Shown: positions 26,956-40,207 of the stretch, one piece after another
Layout of the letters: each line of letters begins with the position of its first letter
Position numbering within the stretch: the stretch's first letter is position 1
From: Chiloscyllium plagiosum
Taxonomy: Eukaryota
NCBI RefSeq assembly: GCF_004010195.1
Contig: NC_057753.1
Location: forward strand, 14,235,937 to 14,299,936
Direction: 5' to 3'
DNA: 64,000 nt
Made by a program: the position numbers and the translations under genes
Notes under the pieces: generated by a model
The model's input: only the letters and a program-made list of their open reading frames with translations
Told to the model about the DNA's origin: nothing
Database searches by the model: none

Positions 26956-27439
26956 AGCCTTATAACACTGCACTTGTTATAGGTTTGCATCCTGAAAGCA
27001 TCTTCACTCAACCCTTTACCCTCGATTAGTTAGGAAGTCCTCGATCCATACTATGTTGTTAAACAGCCAGACGTACATCACTTCTCAAACATGTTTCCAA
27101 AAATCAATATGCATTAGATCTTCTCGTCATGTTTTAATCAATTATAGTAGTTATTTCTTCAAAAACACTTGCACTAAACATCTCAGGAAGAATTACTCCA
27201 TCCCGAAGCCATGTTAAATCACCTTGATTATGTTATATGAAGGTGAAGTCAACTTAGTCATAGAGGACAATGTGATTGATCTCCCATTGGAGAAAGACGA
27301 TTAGTGGCCTGCCTAAACACAGTGTCACCACGAGGTTGTAGAAGGTAGGGCGTTCACTGACAACTCGACACAGAGTAAGAAATGTGATGTTTTTTTCGTC
27401 TGCAATTCGTCTGCCCGACCAGGTGTTACTCATGCACTG

Positions 27440-29700
27440 ATGATATATCTACCTTTATGCGTTTTAAGACTTCTAGCACCTCTTCTTTTGAGATGTGGAC
27501 TCTTTTCAAGGCTTCACTATTTATTTACCCGAGTTCCCCAGCTTCTATGCCATTCTCCATAGTCAATTTTGAAATGACCATTCGGGATCTCACACATCTC
27601 CTGTCGTTTCTGTCATAATTGGCCTTGTTGATCAGTCATGGACCCTAATTTTTCTGTAAATATTGTACTTACAGAGTCTCTTTGAATCCTTCTGAAAATT
27701 ACCAGCCAAAGCTACCTCATGTCTGACTTTTGGCCTGATGATTTTCGTCTTCAGTGTACTCTGATACCCGTATATTCCTCAAATAATTCACTTGAACCCA
27801 GCCATCTATACCTGACCTATCACCAGTCATCCATTGAACCCTATTCCTGCCAACCTTGTCCTTCATACTGATGGGATCAGGCTATCCCAGACGTCTGGTT
27901 TTCTCGCTTTTGAATGCCTGCCACTTTTCTCTTTAATTCTTTAACGTCTCTCTAACTGCAAACACTCTCCCCAACTATCTTTTGAAAGTTCCTTTGTAGC
28001 ATCATCAAATTTGTCCGTGCTGCGGTTTATACCTGAAACATGTGGACTGGGTCGAATGTTTTCCACAGCAATTTAAAATCTAGTCTTATTGGGGTCACTA
28101 ATCTCAAAGGGTTTTCACACAACACCCAGTCACTTGCCCTGCCTTGTTGCCGAAGAGGAGGTCGAGGTTTGCCCTTCTGTCAAACGGCTCTCTACATATT
28201 GATTGAGAATCGAGACACTTAACAAATTCCACCCCATTCAACCCCGTTCGATCATGGCAGTCCATGTCTACGTTTGAAAAGTTGATATCTCCTACGATTC
28301 CAATTACAATTGTCATTCTTACAACTATATTCAATTTGCCTGGATATTTGCTCCTCATTTTCGTGCTGGTTGTGATGCCATCCGATCAAAGTAATCAGTT
28401 CCACTCATAAACCATCAGTAGTCGATGTTCCTAGAATAGCCAAGCTAAGTAATGTCATGATGATTTCCCGTATCGAAAACACTTCTCTGCCTCCTGTCTC
28501 AGCTCCCCTGCTATGTTTGTGTTAGCAATCATACACCAGAGCAGTGAGCTCTGAGTCCTGTCCCTCCCTCGTTCCTGTTAGCTATGATATTCCAGACCCA
28601 TGTTCCCCTCTATGCTCTGAGTCTATCTGTCTTACTTGTCAGACATCGTCCTTTGAAATAAAGTCAGTTTAATTAATCAGTCTGCTCTGGTTCTCTGTCA
28701 TGTTCTTACAAGCCTTGCCGACTTAACTTGTTGTTTTTACCTCTATACTATCCTCAAGCATCTTTGTGTCTCACTGCTGCTTAGTTTGCAGATCACTGCC
28801 AGAGTAGATAATAACCCTCTCGTGAAGCTCCATTGCATCTCCCCGCCAGGATACTGGTCTCGCTGCAACTCAGGAGCAACGGATCCCTCTGGTACAAGTC
28901 GCTGCAGCTACAGAAGCGACTCCAATAGCCACAAAGTCTGAATCTCGTGCCCTGCAGTGGTTCCTCAGCCAGACACTCATCTGCCTTATCCTCCAGTTCC
29001 TACTTTCACTAGCATGTGGCACCAAGAGTGATGCAGGCATTACTAACCTGACATTTTGCTTTTTAACCTTCTGCCTAACTCCTTATTCAATCTGCAGAAC
29101 ATCATCCTTTCAATCTCCTGACAATGTGTAAAATAACATCGGGCTTCTCATGATTCTCATTGAGAATTTGCTACAACAGCTCTGCGACGTCTTTAACCGT
29201 GGCACCAGGGAGGCAACACACCATCTTGGAATTTCGCTCAGGACCACAGAAACAACTCCGTATGCCTCAGACTACAGAGTCCTATATTAGATTGCATGCT
29301 TTGACTTAGCCTGCCTGACAACATAGCGAAACACCCGTCTGGTGCTGTTATTTCTGCTGAGTGGCCATCCAGCCAACATTATTCAAAAAAACGTACTTAT
29401 TTGAGAGGAGGACAGCCACAGGAGACAGCCTCACCACTGCCTACCTCTCCTGGCAGTCGCACATCTAATTTGAAAACACCTGCGTTGTGACCACAACCCT
29501 GAAACTACTATTTACCACATTTTCTGTCCCCAGCATGCTGTTCAGCTCTTCCAGCCGCCCTACAAATCACCAAAGAGGTCTCAGCGAAGGCGCATTCAGG
29601 CACGCATGCACCAAATATAGTCGCCAGACATAGTTGACCACTCCCTCATGTCCCAGATCTGACAGGAGGAACAGACCATTTCACGAACTGTAATTTCTGT
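27440..29700 (-). mobile_element. Old CR1 remnant (ORF1 + APE endonuclease part of ORF2)
   Basis: IVGDINFSNVD...VEFVKC, NLDLLFGNKAGQV; ggcaccagggaggcaac (CLPGA) at about 29200; colinear with the 53.7-56.8 kb element. Confidence 0.7.
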
Positions 29701-29860
29701 CGATTTAGCGAATGGCAGACTGTGGAGTTGCTGCTTGCCCTCCTCAGCAAAATCTTTTGTTCACCTTGGCCATTTCTTGAGTCCATGCATTGGCACCACG
29801 ATCATAAAGTAGCCAACGGAAAAGTGACTGGAAGCAGATTCAGAAGTGCATCCCTCTCTA

Positions 29861-30910
29861 ATTTGCCTAAACTCCCATACTGAGCTCAACTCCCAACTTT
29901 TTCAGTCATTTGGCAGTTGCACCATGGGAGAAATTTGACCTTGCCTTTATACTATTTGGTTTGCCCTGCTGCAAGAATCAAACTTAACCAGTTTTCTTTA
30001 TTAGTTTAGTAGATTTAAGAGCTTCAGCAGGAAGAGAGCTTGTTGAAACTTTTCTTATGCCTGAATGAAGAAATAAAGCGGCCCTTAAAAGTCCATTGTT
30101 TCCTTACCACAGGTAATGCATAAGATTAAGATTTATCTTAATTTATCTTAAACTACAGCACTTAACACAATTCCCAGCGTTTGCATTGTCTTTCTGGTCA
30201 CACTATTTGAAACTCATCGGGGAATGATGGAGATTAACCTCATCAAGGATTCAAACATATTGAGGGCAGCAATACATTGCAGCATCGGTGTACAGACTTT
30301 AGTTTCACTCTTAGAAAAGACAACTGTGGCACTGTTGAAAATGGAGGACGCTTTCATTTAAAAAAAACATATCATGTAGTGAAAAAATTCATTGAACACT
30401 ATGTAATAAAAAAAGTGAAACATAATCCAACCCGCTTTGAAAGGGTCAGTGGGTATGTATTAAAGTTTTCAAACAATATAAGCAATTTTCCTCGTGGCAA
30501 CCTGTCAGAAGACAATACAATATTTCAAGGCCCTAAATAATATTAAAACTTATTGTTTTGCCGTGAGTGACTCTTTCTCTTCATCAATCAATGCATTAAT
30601 TCTCAACATTACCCAACAACATGTCATCATACCTCTATGTCTCACTTTTACCATTTTCAACAATCTCTCTCTTTTACTACTACTAATCCTCTGCACTCAG
30701 TCTCAATTCATTTGCCTAAACTCCCACACTGAGCTCAACTCCCAACTTTTTCAGTCATTTGGCAGTTGCACCATGGGAGAAATTTGACCTTGCCTTTATA
30801 CTATTTGGTTTGCCCTGCTGCAAGAATCAAATTTAACCAGTTTTCTTTATTAGTTTAGTAGATTAAAGAGCTTCAGCAGGAAGAGAGCTTGTTGAAACTT
30901 TTCTTATGCC
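29861..30910. repeat. 201-bp direct repeat (29861-30061 and 30710-30910)
   Basis: Three mismatches seen in 201 bp; 648-bp spacer. Confidence 0.9.
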
Positions 30911-31524
30911 ATTTATTCCAAAGAAAAGGCAAGTAGACAATAAAGCAAAAAAAATGTCAGATAGCTTCATACCTGTGTTTGGGAAAATGCTATATTTTAC
31001 AAATGATAGAGTAATAGTGTGTATATAAATGCATGCTGCATTGCGTTTGGTTAGCTCCGGTGACTGGAGAGATGGTTTGACATGCAGCTGATGTAACCCC
31101 TGCACGAGGCTACAATGAAAATCTCACCTTCACTAATTCTGTGAAGCGTGGTGACCCTCAGTTTAAACCACAACCAGTCCTCCCCTTCTCTGACAAGAAA
31201 GCAGTCCTCTATGATTGTGGTGACATTTCCTTTCTTTCATATAAGGTTCAGCATAGCTCCATGAAGGATAGATGTTGACTGTCATCTTTAGTGCGATTCC
31301 TCGAGGAGATACCAAGCAGTGTGAATAAAGGAATATAATATATTTGTATTTCTATGAAAAATCAGCCACTATATCTTCGGCAGTATAATGAGAAAATAAC
31401 AAGTGTCCAAATTCATGCATCACGAAAAGTTAGAATTCAAGTTTAGTGGGTAGTACGAAGGGTGAAAGGAATGCTTTCCTCTATTGCGAAGGGAAAGAAG
31501 TCTATACTTTTTAAAACAAACAGA

Positions 31525-31858
31525 ATGTCAATTATGTGGTAGCAGGCCATTTGTTCCATTGAGTCCACACCGACTCTCTGAAGAGCACTCTACCCAGACT
31601 CACGCCACCTATCCTTTGCAAACCTTCATTTCCAATCGCTGATCCACCTAGCCTGCACATCTCTGTATGCGATGGGATAATTGACATGGCCAGTCACCTA
31701 AGCTGCGCATCTTTGGACAATGGAAGTAAACTGGACCAAACTCAAACAGACGCGGGGAGAATTTTCAAAGTACACACAGAAAATCGCCCAAGAATGGAAT
31801 CAAATCTTGGTCCCTGGAGCTGTGAGGCAACAATTCTAACCACTGAGCCACCGTGTCT
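31525..31858 (-). mobile_element. Degenerate HE1-type SINE
   Basis: gctgtgaggcaacaattctaaccactgagccaccgtg end matches the 43.2 kb copy. Confidence 0.7.
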
Positions 31859-32023
31859 CCTATTTGCTGAGATGCTTATGGAAACAATATGTGACAGTTT
31901 GAACTGAGATTAATTGGTTTCCTTGCTTGCTTTCTGGCTGAACACCTGATTTTGTGTTTCTCTTTGCGGTTATATCTGCTTGCGATTGTGCACAAAGAGG
32001 AACAGGCATTGGCTTCCACCAAA

Positions 32024-32062
32024 GGTTTTTGTACGATGTTTGGAAAACATTCAACCGCTGTG
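32024..32062 (-). other. 23-RSS
   Basis: CACAGCG + 23 bp + ACAAAAACC. Confidence 0.93.
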
Positions 32063-32516
32063 AGTTTGAAAGCGCAATAATACATGGCACCGTCGGTCAG
32101 CTGCAGTCCTGAGACAGTTAAACTAGTGAGTTTGTTGTCCTTCTCGAGTTCCATCGAGAAACGATGTAAGGCAAATTGTGCTTTACTCTCGCTACCTCCA
32201 GAATACTTCAGCATTATAAACTCGGGCTGCGTATCTGGGTGCTGTCTGTACCAGTATAACCAGTAATAGTTCGATGCAGTATCGTAGGAACAGCGTAGAG
32301 TCATCAAGTTTCCTTCTGTTAGAACATCAGACGTTAGTGACTGAGCGACAGAATCTCCATGGCTCAGGTCTGAAAATGAAAAAAAGATATTAAATTCAAA
32401 ATGTTACGTTGGCGTCAGTTTAAGTAGTCAATTGATAAAGAAATGTGAAATGCATTTCATCCATACTTACCTAATAGAAATGCTCCCCAAACAAAACAGA
32501 TGCTGAGTATCAGCAT
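32063..32516 (-). CDS. TCR alpha/delta V segment, apparently functional (leader 32516-32471, V exon 32369-32063)
   Basis: MLILSICFVWGAFLL + GTAAGT; DLSHGDSVAQ...LRCSYDT...WYRQHPDTQPEF...DGAMYYCAFKL. Confidence 0.93.
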
Positions 32517-34759
32517 TGTCACTGCCCTCTGTGGAACTGGACAGTTAAATATTTGAAAAGACCCGTTCGAAATCCCCGCCCTCAGCAAACTGTTGTGGTG
32601 TCTCCAGATGCTGTCAGCACATTGCCCTCTGTCAGCAGTGATGCTGTAAGAGCGAAAGACGTCATCAGATTTTCAGTGGATTCACATACCCCAAGGTGAG
32701 GTACACTCACTCTCCTTAAAACAGATCCACGAGAATTCTGATACATCGAGTTCGAGCCATGATGAACACACTCCCACATTATGTCAAGACTCTTTCTTTC
32801 CCTGCCCTGCTCCGCAAATTTGCTGCAGTTACCCAGTTAATATGTGCACTTTCATTACTACTGTGTGTGCTCCCGTTGAATGTTAGCGCATCCAAAAATG
32901 CATGTGGAACCATAAATCGTCCTAAGCAAATTACAGGCCTCAAATCGCATCAGTGAACTCTGTCTCAAACTTGTCCGTCAGAAAAATCAATATCACTCCT
33001 TAAAGTTTCACTTTCATTCTGATCATCTATTGCTGTTCCCTTGTACCCACTCTGAAAACTAGCTGTGGTCCTCTGTAACCTCCACTCAGTAGCCTTCAGT
33101 AGACTTCAGTGTACTCAGTCTAATCTTCCGTCCTCTCTTTCTGCTGGCACCTATCTGACTCATTGATAACAGAATGTCCTGCAGACCAGGATGCTGATTC
33201 ATGGCACATGAGCTGTCTCGAGTCCCGACGCCAACAGTGACTTTCCACATTGATTCAGTGTTCGGATCTTAGAGCAGTGGGTGCCATCAACCTCCGTTGA
33301 CCATGTAGTATCACAACAGAGAGTCACAAGATGGAGGTTGAAAGGGGAATGCGTAACCGCCAGTTAATCCACATAAGCTATTCAAATAGTGGAATATTCT
33401 CGTGATATCCAGTTAAATAATTGGCTTCCTGTTTTGATACTGTTCAGGGTGATTATTTATCAGAGAAGTACACCACAGCCATGCTTGTGGCACAATGCCT
33501 GTCTCCACTGGAAAGGAGGTGAGAATATACAATGCTTATGTAGCCGTGAGAATGACCACTTGAGCCCAATGAGTTATGTTTCCTCGTTGATGTCAAGGTC
33601 AGTAACGTCAAAGACCAGCTGCAGGAAATTCTTCTGAGGGAGAGTTAACAGCTTGAGGTTGTGGTCCATGTGATATCACCCCTTCAGATCGGAAGGAATC
33701 ATCAGGTCCAGAATGGAAACTTTTGGGTAGAATGAATCCTTTGTTTTGGTCTGGAACACAGTGATTGAAAACCTGTTGGAAGCAAGTTCAATTGGGACAA
33801 TCAAGAGGGTATTGGATTATTATTTCGATAGGAATGCCATACAGGGTCATGGGAAAAAAATACAGAACTTTAACATTAGGTAATATAACTGGTGGAGTCT
33901 CAATGGGCCAAACGTCTTCCAATGCGCTATAGTAATTCTGTCATTCTTTGTGGTCTCATTCCCGCCACAGATGGAGGACATGATGAGACGGTCATTCTGG
34001 GATCTTCCCACCGCTCTGCGTCTCTTTCAATTATAATTAATATTTGAAGGTGTAATTCTCTTCCGTAACATTTAAGTGTAGAAAAATATAGCGTCCAGCC
34101 TAAGACTCGAGTAGTGTCTAATGGGATAATGACCGATTGGCGTATACGCCTTAAGCAGATTTCCAGTTTAATTTGTTAATGTGATGTGAGAATCTATGGC
34201 TACGCCAGTGATTGCTATTGTCCATTCCTAATGACTTTGAAGAAGATTTTGGTGCATTTCCTTTTTGAAGCATTTTAGTCCTTTGGATATCAGGATTCCC
34301 AAAACAGTTTTATCTGATGCAGGGTGTTATCCAGCAACTACGATTGAAGGATGATATACTTTATATTGTTTCATTAACGAGACGTGTGGTTCGCTGTCTA
34401 GGCCACTATTTGTCACCCATCCTTAATCTACCACGGGGCAGTTCAGTATAAACCAGCCATTGCAGACGCTTCCCAGGACATTGTCATTACTGATACATCA
34501 TGTAGCTCAGAAAACCCACTTGTTTTTCAGGTCAATAGCACAGTCTATCTGGGGATACCCGGCTCTGCCTCTGGCTGTGACAATATCACTTCCCTATGGA
34601 TGCCTGTTAAGCTTACACAGATTTCATTAAACTGGCGTGATGTCAGCTTGTGTAACCAGACCAGGGATGGAATTAACCGAGAAAATGAAAATCTCGTTAA
34701 TTTGGGAAAAGAAATAATTGAAGCTACACACTAGGTAAGAGAGCAAGAAAGTGGGTGAG

Positions 34760-35130
34760 AGATCTTATTGAAACATGAAAGATTTATAGGTGAACTGACA
34801 AGGAAATATGGAGAAATTGTTTCCTCATATCGGAGTGTATAGAACAAGAGGGTATATAATTCAGAGCAATTATCATTCAGTTGTTCAGCGATGAGGAAGT
34901 ATTTCTCCTATCAGAGGGTCGTAACCCACATGGATTCGTTGTTGCAGATGCCTGTCGAGGTTGAGTCATTAAACCTATTGAAGGCAGAAATAGAAAGATC
35001 CTTCATCCGGAAGGGATCAACGACTGCACAGAGGAAAGGCCGAAGAAACTGGATATGAGGATGATCAGAAAAGCCATGATCCGATTGAATGACGTATTTG
35101 TCTTGATGGAACCGTTGACCTATTTTTATT
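34760..35130 (+). mobile_element. CR1/L2 3' end fragment
   Basis: gatcttattgaaacat...agaacaagagggt...tcagagggtcgt...aaggcagaaataga. Confidence 0.55.
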
Positions 35131-35449
35131 TTCTCCTGCGTCTTATACTCGACTTTTGTATCAATTTCAGTCTGTTGCTTGCTTTCAGCATCATTCACTG
35201 GATTCAATCTCGCCTTCGTCTATTTTCCCCTAAGGGCATCTCTCTGCCTCACTGAATACACATCACAGAACAAACTATTTGTCTTAATAGTCGGGTTGTA
35301 ATAGCTCTTGTCACTCTCTCATTGCCAGTAGTGTGTGTGTTTTTGAGGGTGGCTCTTGCCCTTATTTATTCCATCACAACACTGACTTCATTCCGAGTAA
35401 ACTCACTCGCTGCAAAATGTTCTGAAATATTCGCTGACAGGATGTGAGT

Positions 35450-35729
35450 TCAAAGTTTGGGAGAAGATTTGTAGCTCCGGTGCTCGTTGTTGTGGTTCTG
35501 TTCGCAGAGCTGGGAATTTGTGTTGCAGACGTTTTGTCCCCTGTCTAGGTGACATCCTCAGTGCTTGGGAGCATCCTGTGAAGCGCTTCCTGTGTTAGAT
35601 CACTATAAATGCCGGAGGAAACATCACAGAAGCACTTCACAGGAGGCTCCCAAGCACTGAGGATGTCACCTAGACAGGGGACGAAACGTCTGCAACACAA
35701 ATTCTCAGCTCGGCGGGAACAGAACCACA
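35450..35729. mobile_element. Penelope-like insertion with inverted terminal duplication and 13-bp TSD
   Basis: acaggatgtgagt at 35437-35449 and 35730-35742; about 100-bp inverted arms (about 35489-35591 / 35628-35731). Confidence 0.85.
35654..35693 (+). ncRNA. Minimal type I hammerhead ribozyme motif
   Basis: GCA-CTGAGGA-T-GTCACC-TAGACA-GGGGAC-GAAA-C-GTC-TGC: stem I GCA/TGC, intact core with a 9b U, loop-less palindromic stem III. Confidence 0.65.
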
Positions 35730-36784
35730 ACAGGATGTGAGTGATGTGAATCCGGAAACTGTTATACTGTGAACGATGACTGTAAAATTTGCATTCTGTG
35801 GCTACTCCTGTCTCAGTAAGGTCAGTTCAAAATGTAGAGCACAAAGGTTGCTGGTGTAGTGGGAATCTGTTCATTTGGCTGCATTGTATAACAGATTCAA
35901 GAAACCACAAGAAATTCCTCGCGAGTCATCATGAAGTAGCCCTGTTGATTACAAGCCCAGGGATAACTTTTACAAGTATTCATTGCACAGCGAGCCAGAG
36001 AGTTTGCAAAGGACAATGTCCACAAGCAGCACTGTGGTAACTCGTCCCGTCTGCTTCTAAACATGGTAGCAATAAATCACACTACATGGTAATAATCACG
36101 GTGACCTCCTGGCAAGTAACAATCCGTTTAACCCCGAGAGCATCGACTTCTGTCCATATCTCAGTTATGGGTTTCAAAGTGAAATTCATAAATTTCTGGA
36201 GTGCATCTTAATTTATATTTCTTTACTCGTTCGTTTCTATTTACTCATCTACCTATCATTCTCACAGTCATTCAGCATCACTACTGTCAGTGTTCCAGAT
36301 TTCCAATCCCACTTTGTTATAAAAGCATAAGGCCATAAGATACAGGAGTAGAAATGGCTGTTCAGTACTATCGACTCTGCTGTATCATTCGATCATGTGT
36401 GATATGATTCTCAAAACCATTCTCCTGTCTTCTCCCTGTAAGCCCTTTATTCGCTTACCAATCAGAATCTCTGTTTTAAATACACTCAATGATTTGGCCT
36501 CCACATCCCCTGCAGTAAGGACTTCCACAAAATAACCACCTTCTGGCTGGAGAGTTTCCTCCTTACACCTGTTCTAAAGAATTGTCCCTTCAATGTAAGG
36601 CTGTCCGCTCGGGTCCTAATATCTCCTACCAGAGGAAACATCTTGTCCACATCGTTATTAACAATTAAAAAGCCAGATATTTATGGCCATACCCTGAACT
36701 CTAAAGTGTAGAATCAATCCCGATAGAGGACTACTATTTTTCCAGATATCTACATTCATAAATTCGATGGTGGGAGGACGGCAG

Positions 36785-37045
36785 AGCAGTAACTTTTATT
36801 AAAATCTTCTTTATATTCATCTCCATCAGAATTATTGCTCAGTGTTTATTCGATCTCTGTGTCTGCGTAACAGTACAATGCATAGCTGCTCCGTAAATTA
36901 TCATAGGTACAGCTCATAGTCGTGGCTTCGCCTCATGTGGATCTGTGGCTCACGACTGAGAGACAGAATCTCCATGACCCAGATCTGAAATAGAGAATAT
37001 AGTTAAATTGGAAAATTTCAGACTGGGGTCAGTTTGAAATATGAC
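36785..37045 (-). pseudogene. Leaderless, 3'-truncated TCR V pseudogene
   Basis: Intron 3' half + acceptor; exon from 36984 DLGHGDSVSQS*, SCTYD, SYALYCY, YKEDF; stops and frameshift; no RSS. Confidence 0.75.
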
Positions 37046-37347
37046 GATGTGAACCCTAGAGAAAGAGAGTTGTCTCTTAATTCAGTGATGACAGTTCACG
37101 CGACATTAGATAGTTGAGAGTAGGAATTAGAATGGGACTGTTCATAGATAATTCAGTTCTGTGTCTGTGTGAATGCTCGGACTCTGCTGCTGATTCGCTC
37201 AGCAGTTCCGGGAAGGAGTTTGGTGACAGTTTGTTTCGATGTAAGTTTGGTTTCCTCTCAGTGAGAGCTCATGCTCCTGACAGCACATGGCAGCAGCTCT
37301 GGAGTTCAGATAAATTCCAACAGACAGTCGAACTACGATCGAAAAGC

Positions 37348-37386
37348 AGTTATTGTACAGGAGTGAGACTATTATGTATCACTGTG
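37348..37386 (-). other. 23-RSS
   Basis: CACAGTG + 23 bp + ACAATAACT. Confidence 0.9.
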
Positions 37387-37842
37387 TCGTCACTGAAAGC
37401 GCAATAATATATGGCTGTATCAGACAACCTTAGCCCAGTGATAGTGAGACTGGTGAATTTCTTTGAGGTCTGAAGTTCGGTTGAGAAGCGATCTTTAGCA
37501 AAATCTGCATTATCCTCCTCATCATCAGTATCTTTTCCCAGAATGGATACGGGCTCTGTGTCTGGGTGCTGACGGTACCAGGCTAATAAATACATACTCC
37601 TTGTAGTATCATAGCTACAGTTGAGAGCCACTTTTTCTCCTTCTGTCTGAACATCAGAGGATACTGGCTGAGTGACGGAATCTCCATCAGTTAGATCTGA
37701 AAGGGAAAACAGATGTCAGTTTTAGAATGTCAGACTGGTGTCAGTTTAAAAAGTGATTTGATAAAGAAATGAAAAATATATTTCCTCCACATTTACCTGC
37801 TAGAATTGCTCCCCATGCAATCCAAAGGCTGAGTATCCACAT
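37387..37842 (-). CDS. TCR alpha/delta V segment, apparently functional (leader 37842-37797, V exon 37696-37387)
   Basis: MWILSLWIAWGAILA + GTAAAT; DLTDGDSVTQ...LNCSYDT...WYRQHPDTEP...DTAIYYCAFSD. Confidence 0.92.
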
Positions 37843-40207
37843 TGTTGCCGTTCTGTGTATCGTGAAATTGTATATTTCAAGGCAATGTTTTAAAACCCCG
37901 CCCACTGTAAACTGCTGTCGTCTCTTCCTTGACTCCCACCTCACTACCTTGTGTTCTTGGTGATGTTGTCAGAACAGGAGGAGGGGAAAATAATTTAAGT
38001 GAATTGACACACCCTGAGCAGGTGCACAGTCACTTCGCTTAATGTCGACTCAAGAGCATCTGATAAATTGGTTTCAATCCCTGATGAAAAAAATCCCGAT
38101 ATTCACATCAGCTTTGCTAACTACTTTTTTGTGCCATTTCCCAATTTAATACTGATTTTTCTTAATAACCAGTTAATGTTTGCCCAGTAATTGCCCACGT
38201 CGCCCCCAAAAAGTCCATCCAAATCCTCAGCCTTGACGCAGCACAAACTTTCCCCTCTCAAATAACAGACAACGAACTCCCACCTTCTGCATCATGAATT
38301 CCATCATAATTTTATCGGTCGGTATCGCTGATAGGACTTTTAACAGTTTCCATTTTATTGTCCCAATCTGTTGCTATTGCTGTGCACACAGGCTCACTAT
38401 TATCGTTCTCTCTGTATTCTTCTGAGCACATTTGACTGGACTCTGCTTCCTCTCCTCCAAGGGTATCTCTCCGTGGCAGTGAAACCAGAGGCCTCACAAA
38501 GACCCACCATGCATCTGAAAAATCCATAGTAGCTAGTTGCCTTAGGTACTAGCACCCTATCTGTGACTTTCTAATTGTTTATGTGTGATTGTTTCGTGTG
38601 TCCATGTGTTTCTGTGTACCTGTACTTTTGAGATTTTAAGTCTGTGTGCTTGAGTGTTTTTGTATTTCTGTGTGTATATGTGTGTGCATGATGTCCTGTA
38701 CGTTCTAGTGTGTAAGTGTTTATGTGCATGTGCTTATGTGTTTTTATGGATTTTTAATTGGGCATATATTTTCTAACGGTTTTATGTACGTTGTATATAT
38801 ACATACGCTGCTGTGCGTTGTTGCAACTGTCTCAGTGTCTGATTTGGAAACATGTTCAAAAAATTTGTAAGGTTCATATGAAACGTATCTACTAAAGCTC
38901 AGAATAAGCTGTCAACTTCACTGGGAGATAGAAATTAATAAATTGCACAAGTCTAACGGTCTGTTTCGCAGTTTCTCTTCTTTGTCATTAACGTGATACA
39001 ATTTTACCCTCTGCTGGAGGACTTCCGCTATTGAACAGGAGGACAATCAACCTCATCAGGGATTCGATCAGAGGAATGCCAGCAGCAAACAACAACATTC
39101 AACCTGTTGTCAGCTTCAAATCACACACAAAGGCAGTGTATAATCTTAGCTGCTCTCAGCTCCTACATGCTGCTGACGTTCATAAATTCAGTGGTCATGT
39201 TTTAATGCGCTTTTATTCTTTGCTTCTCTTGGCTCTGTCATTCTGAGCAGTCATTTTGCCACCTCTCAAGACAAATTCCCAGACTTGCAGACCATGTTTT
39301 CTTTTTAAGATGAATGGCATTCATCGCCATTCTAAAGTGTGAAACTGTTCACAACAGAAAACCATGAACGTATGACTGGAGAAAAATAACGACGATTAAA
39401 CATTCTTTATGTTTTTCATCAGAAGACTAATTCTTGCTGAGTTTAACGTTCTTCTGGCATTCCACCATTGTACCTCACTTTGATTCAGGAGATTGCGTGT
39501 TCACGTTGCATATGTTGCAGAGACGTGTCGTGAAAACTTGAAGTGGTAGATAGAGAACGGGTGTTTGGTAAATTCTGAGAGCAGAGGTTGTGATTTCAGC
39601 ATAAGATATCACACACTTAAAACAACGATGAGGACAAATGTCTTCTCTCAGTTGGAAATGAGTCTGTGCAATGGTTTACCACACATTCTAGGTTGATAAA
39701 TACATTCATGATTGATTTTTGCTCTGTCTACAATCAAAGATGACGGGGAAAGGTATGAAAATTAAATGAGGAATTATCAGATCATCCCTGGTCTCTTTGA
39801 GAGGTTGAACGCTTTTGGATTGCCAAACTGAACACCGTCCTTCTTTTATGTCGTAAATTCTCAAAACCATGTGATTATAGTTGAATTATATAATAGGCTT
39901 GTGAATATGAATCTTTGTGCAGCGCCTTACTAAAATGTGGATTAAACAACAAGGTTATTCATAAAGTGGAAAATAAAGCAGAATGTAACAACAAAATCTA
40001 AAGGTACACAGGGGTTAAAGTTGCTAACACTGTGGAGGTTGAACTATACAATGATTGGTTGAGTTTCATTTTGAAAATGCAGTCAGAGTTTTCGAGGAGA
40101 GAACGGATTCCTTGTCCTCTTTGTAATGATCTGATTCTATGAGATGCAGTCAATGATAGCTGCATTGCTGCTGGAGAATCACGGAAATTTTGACATTTTC
40201 TCTTGTG

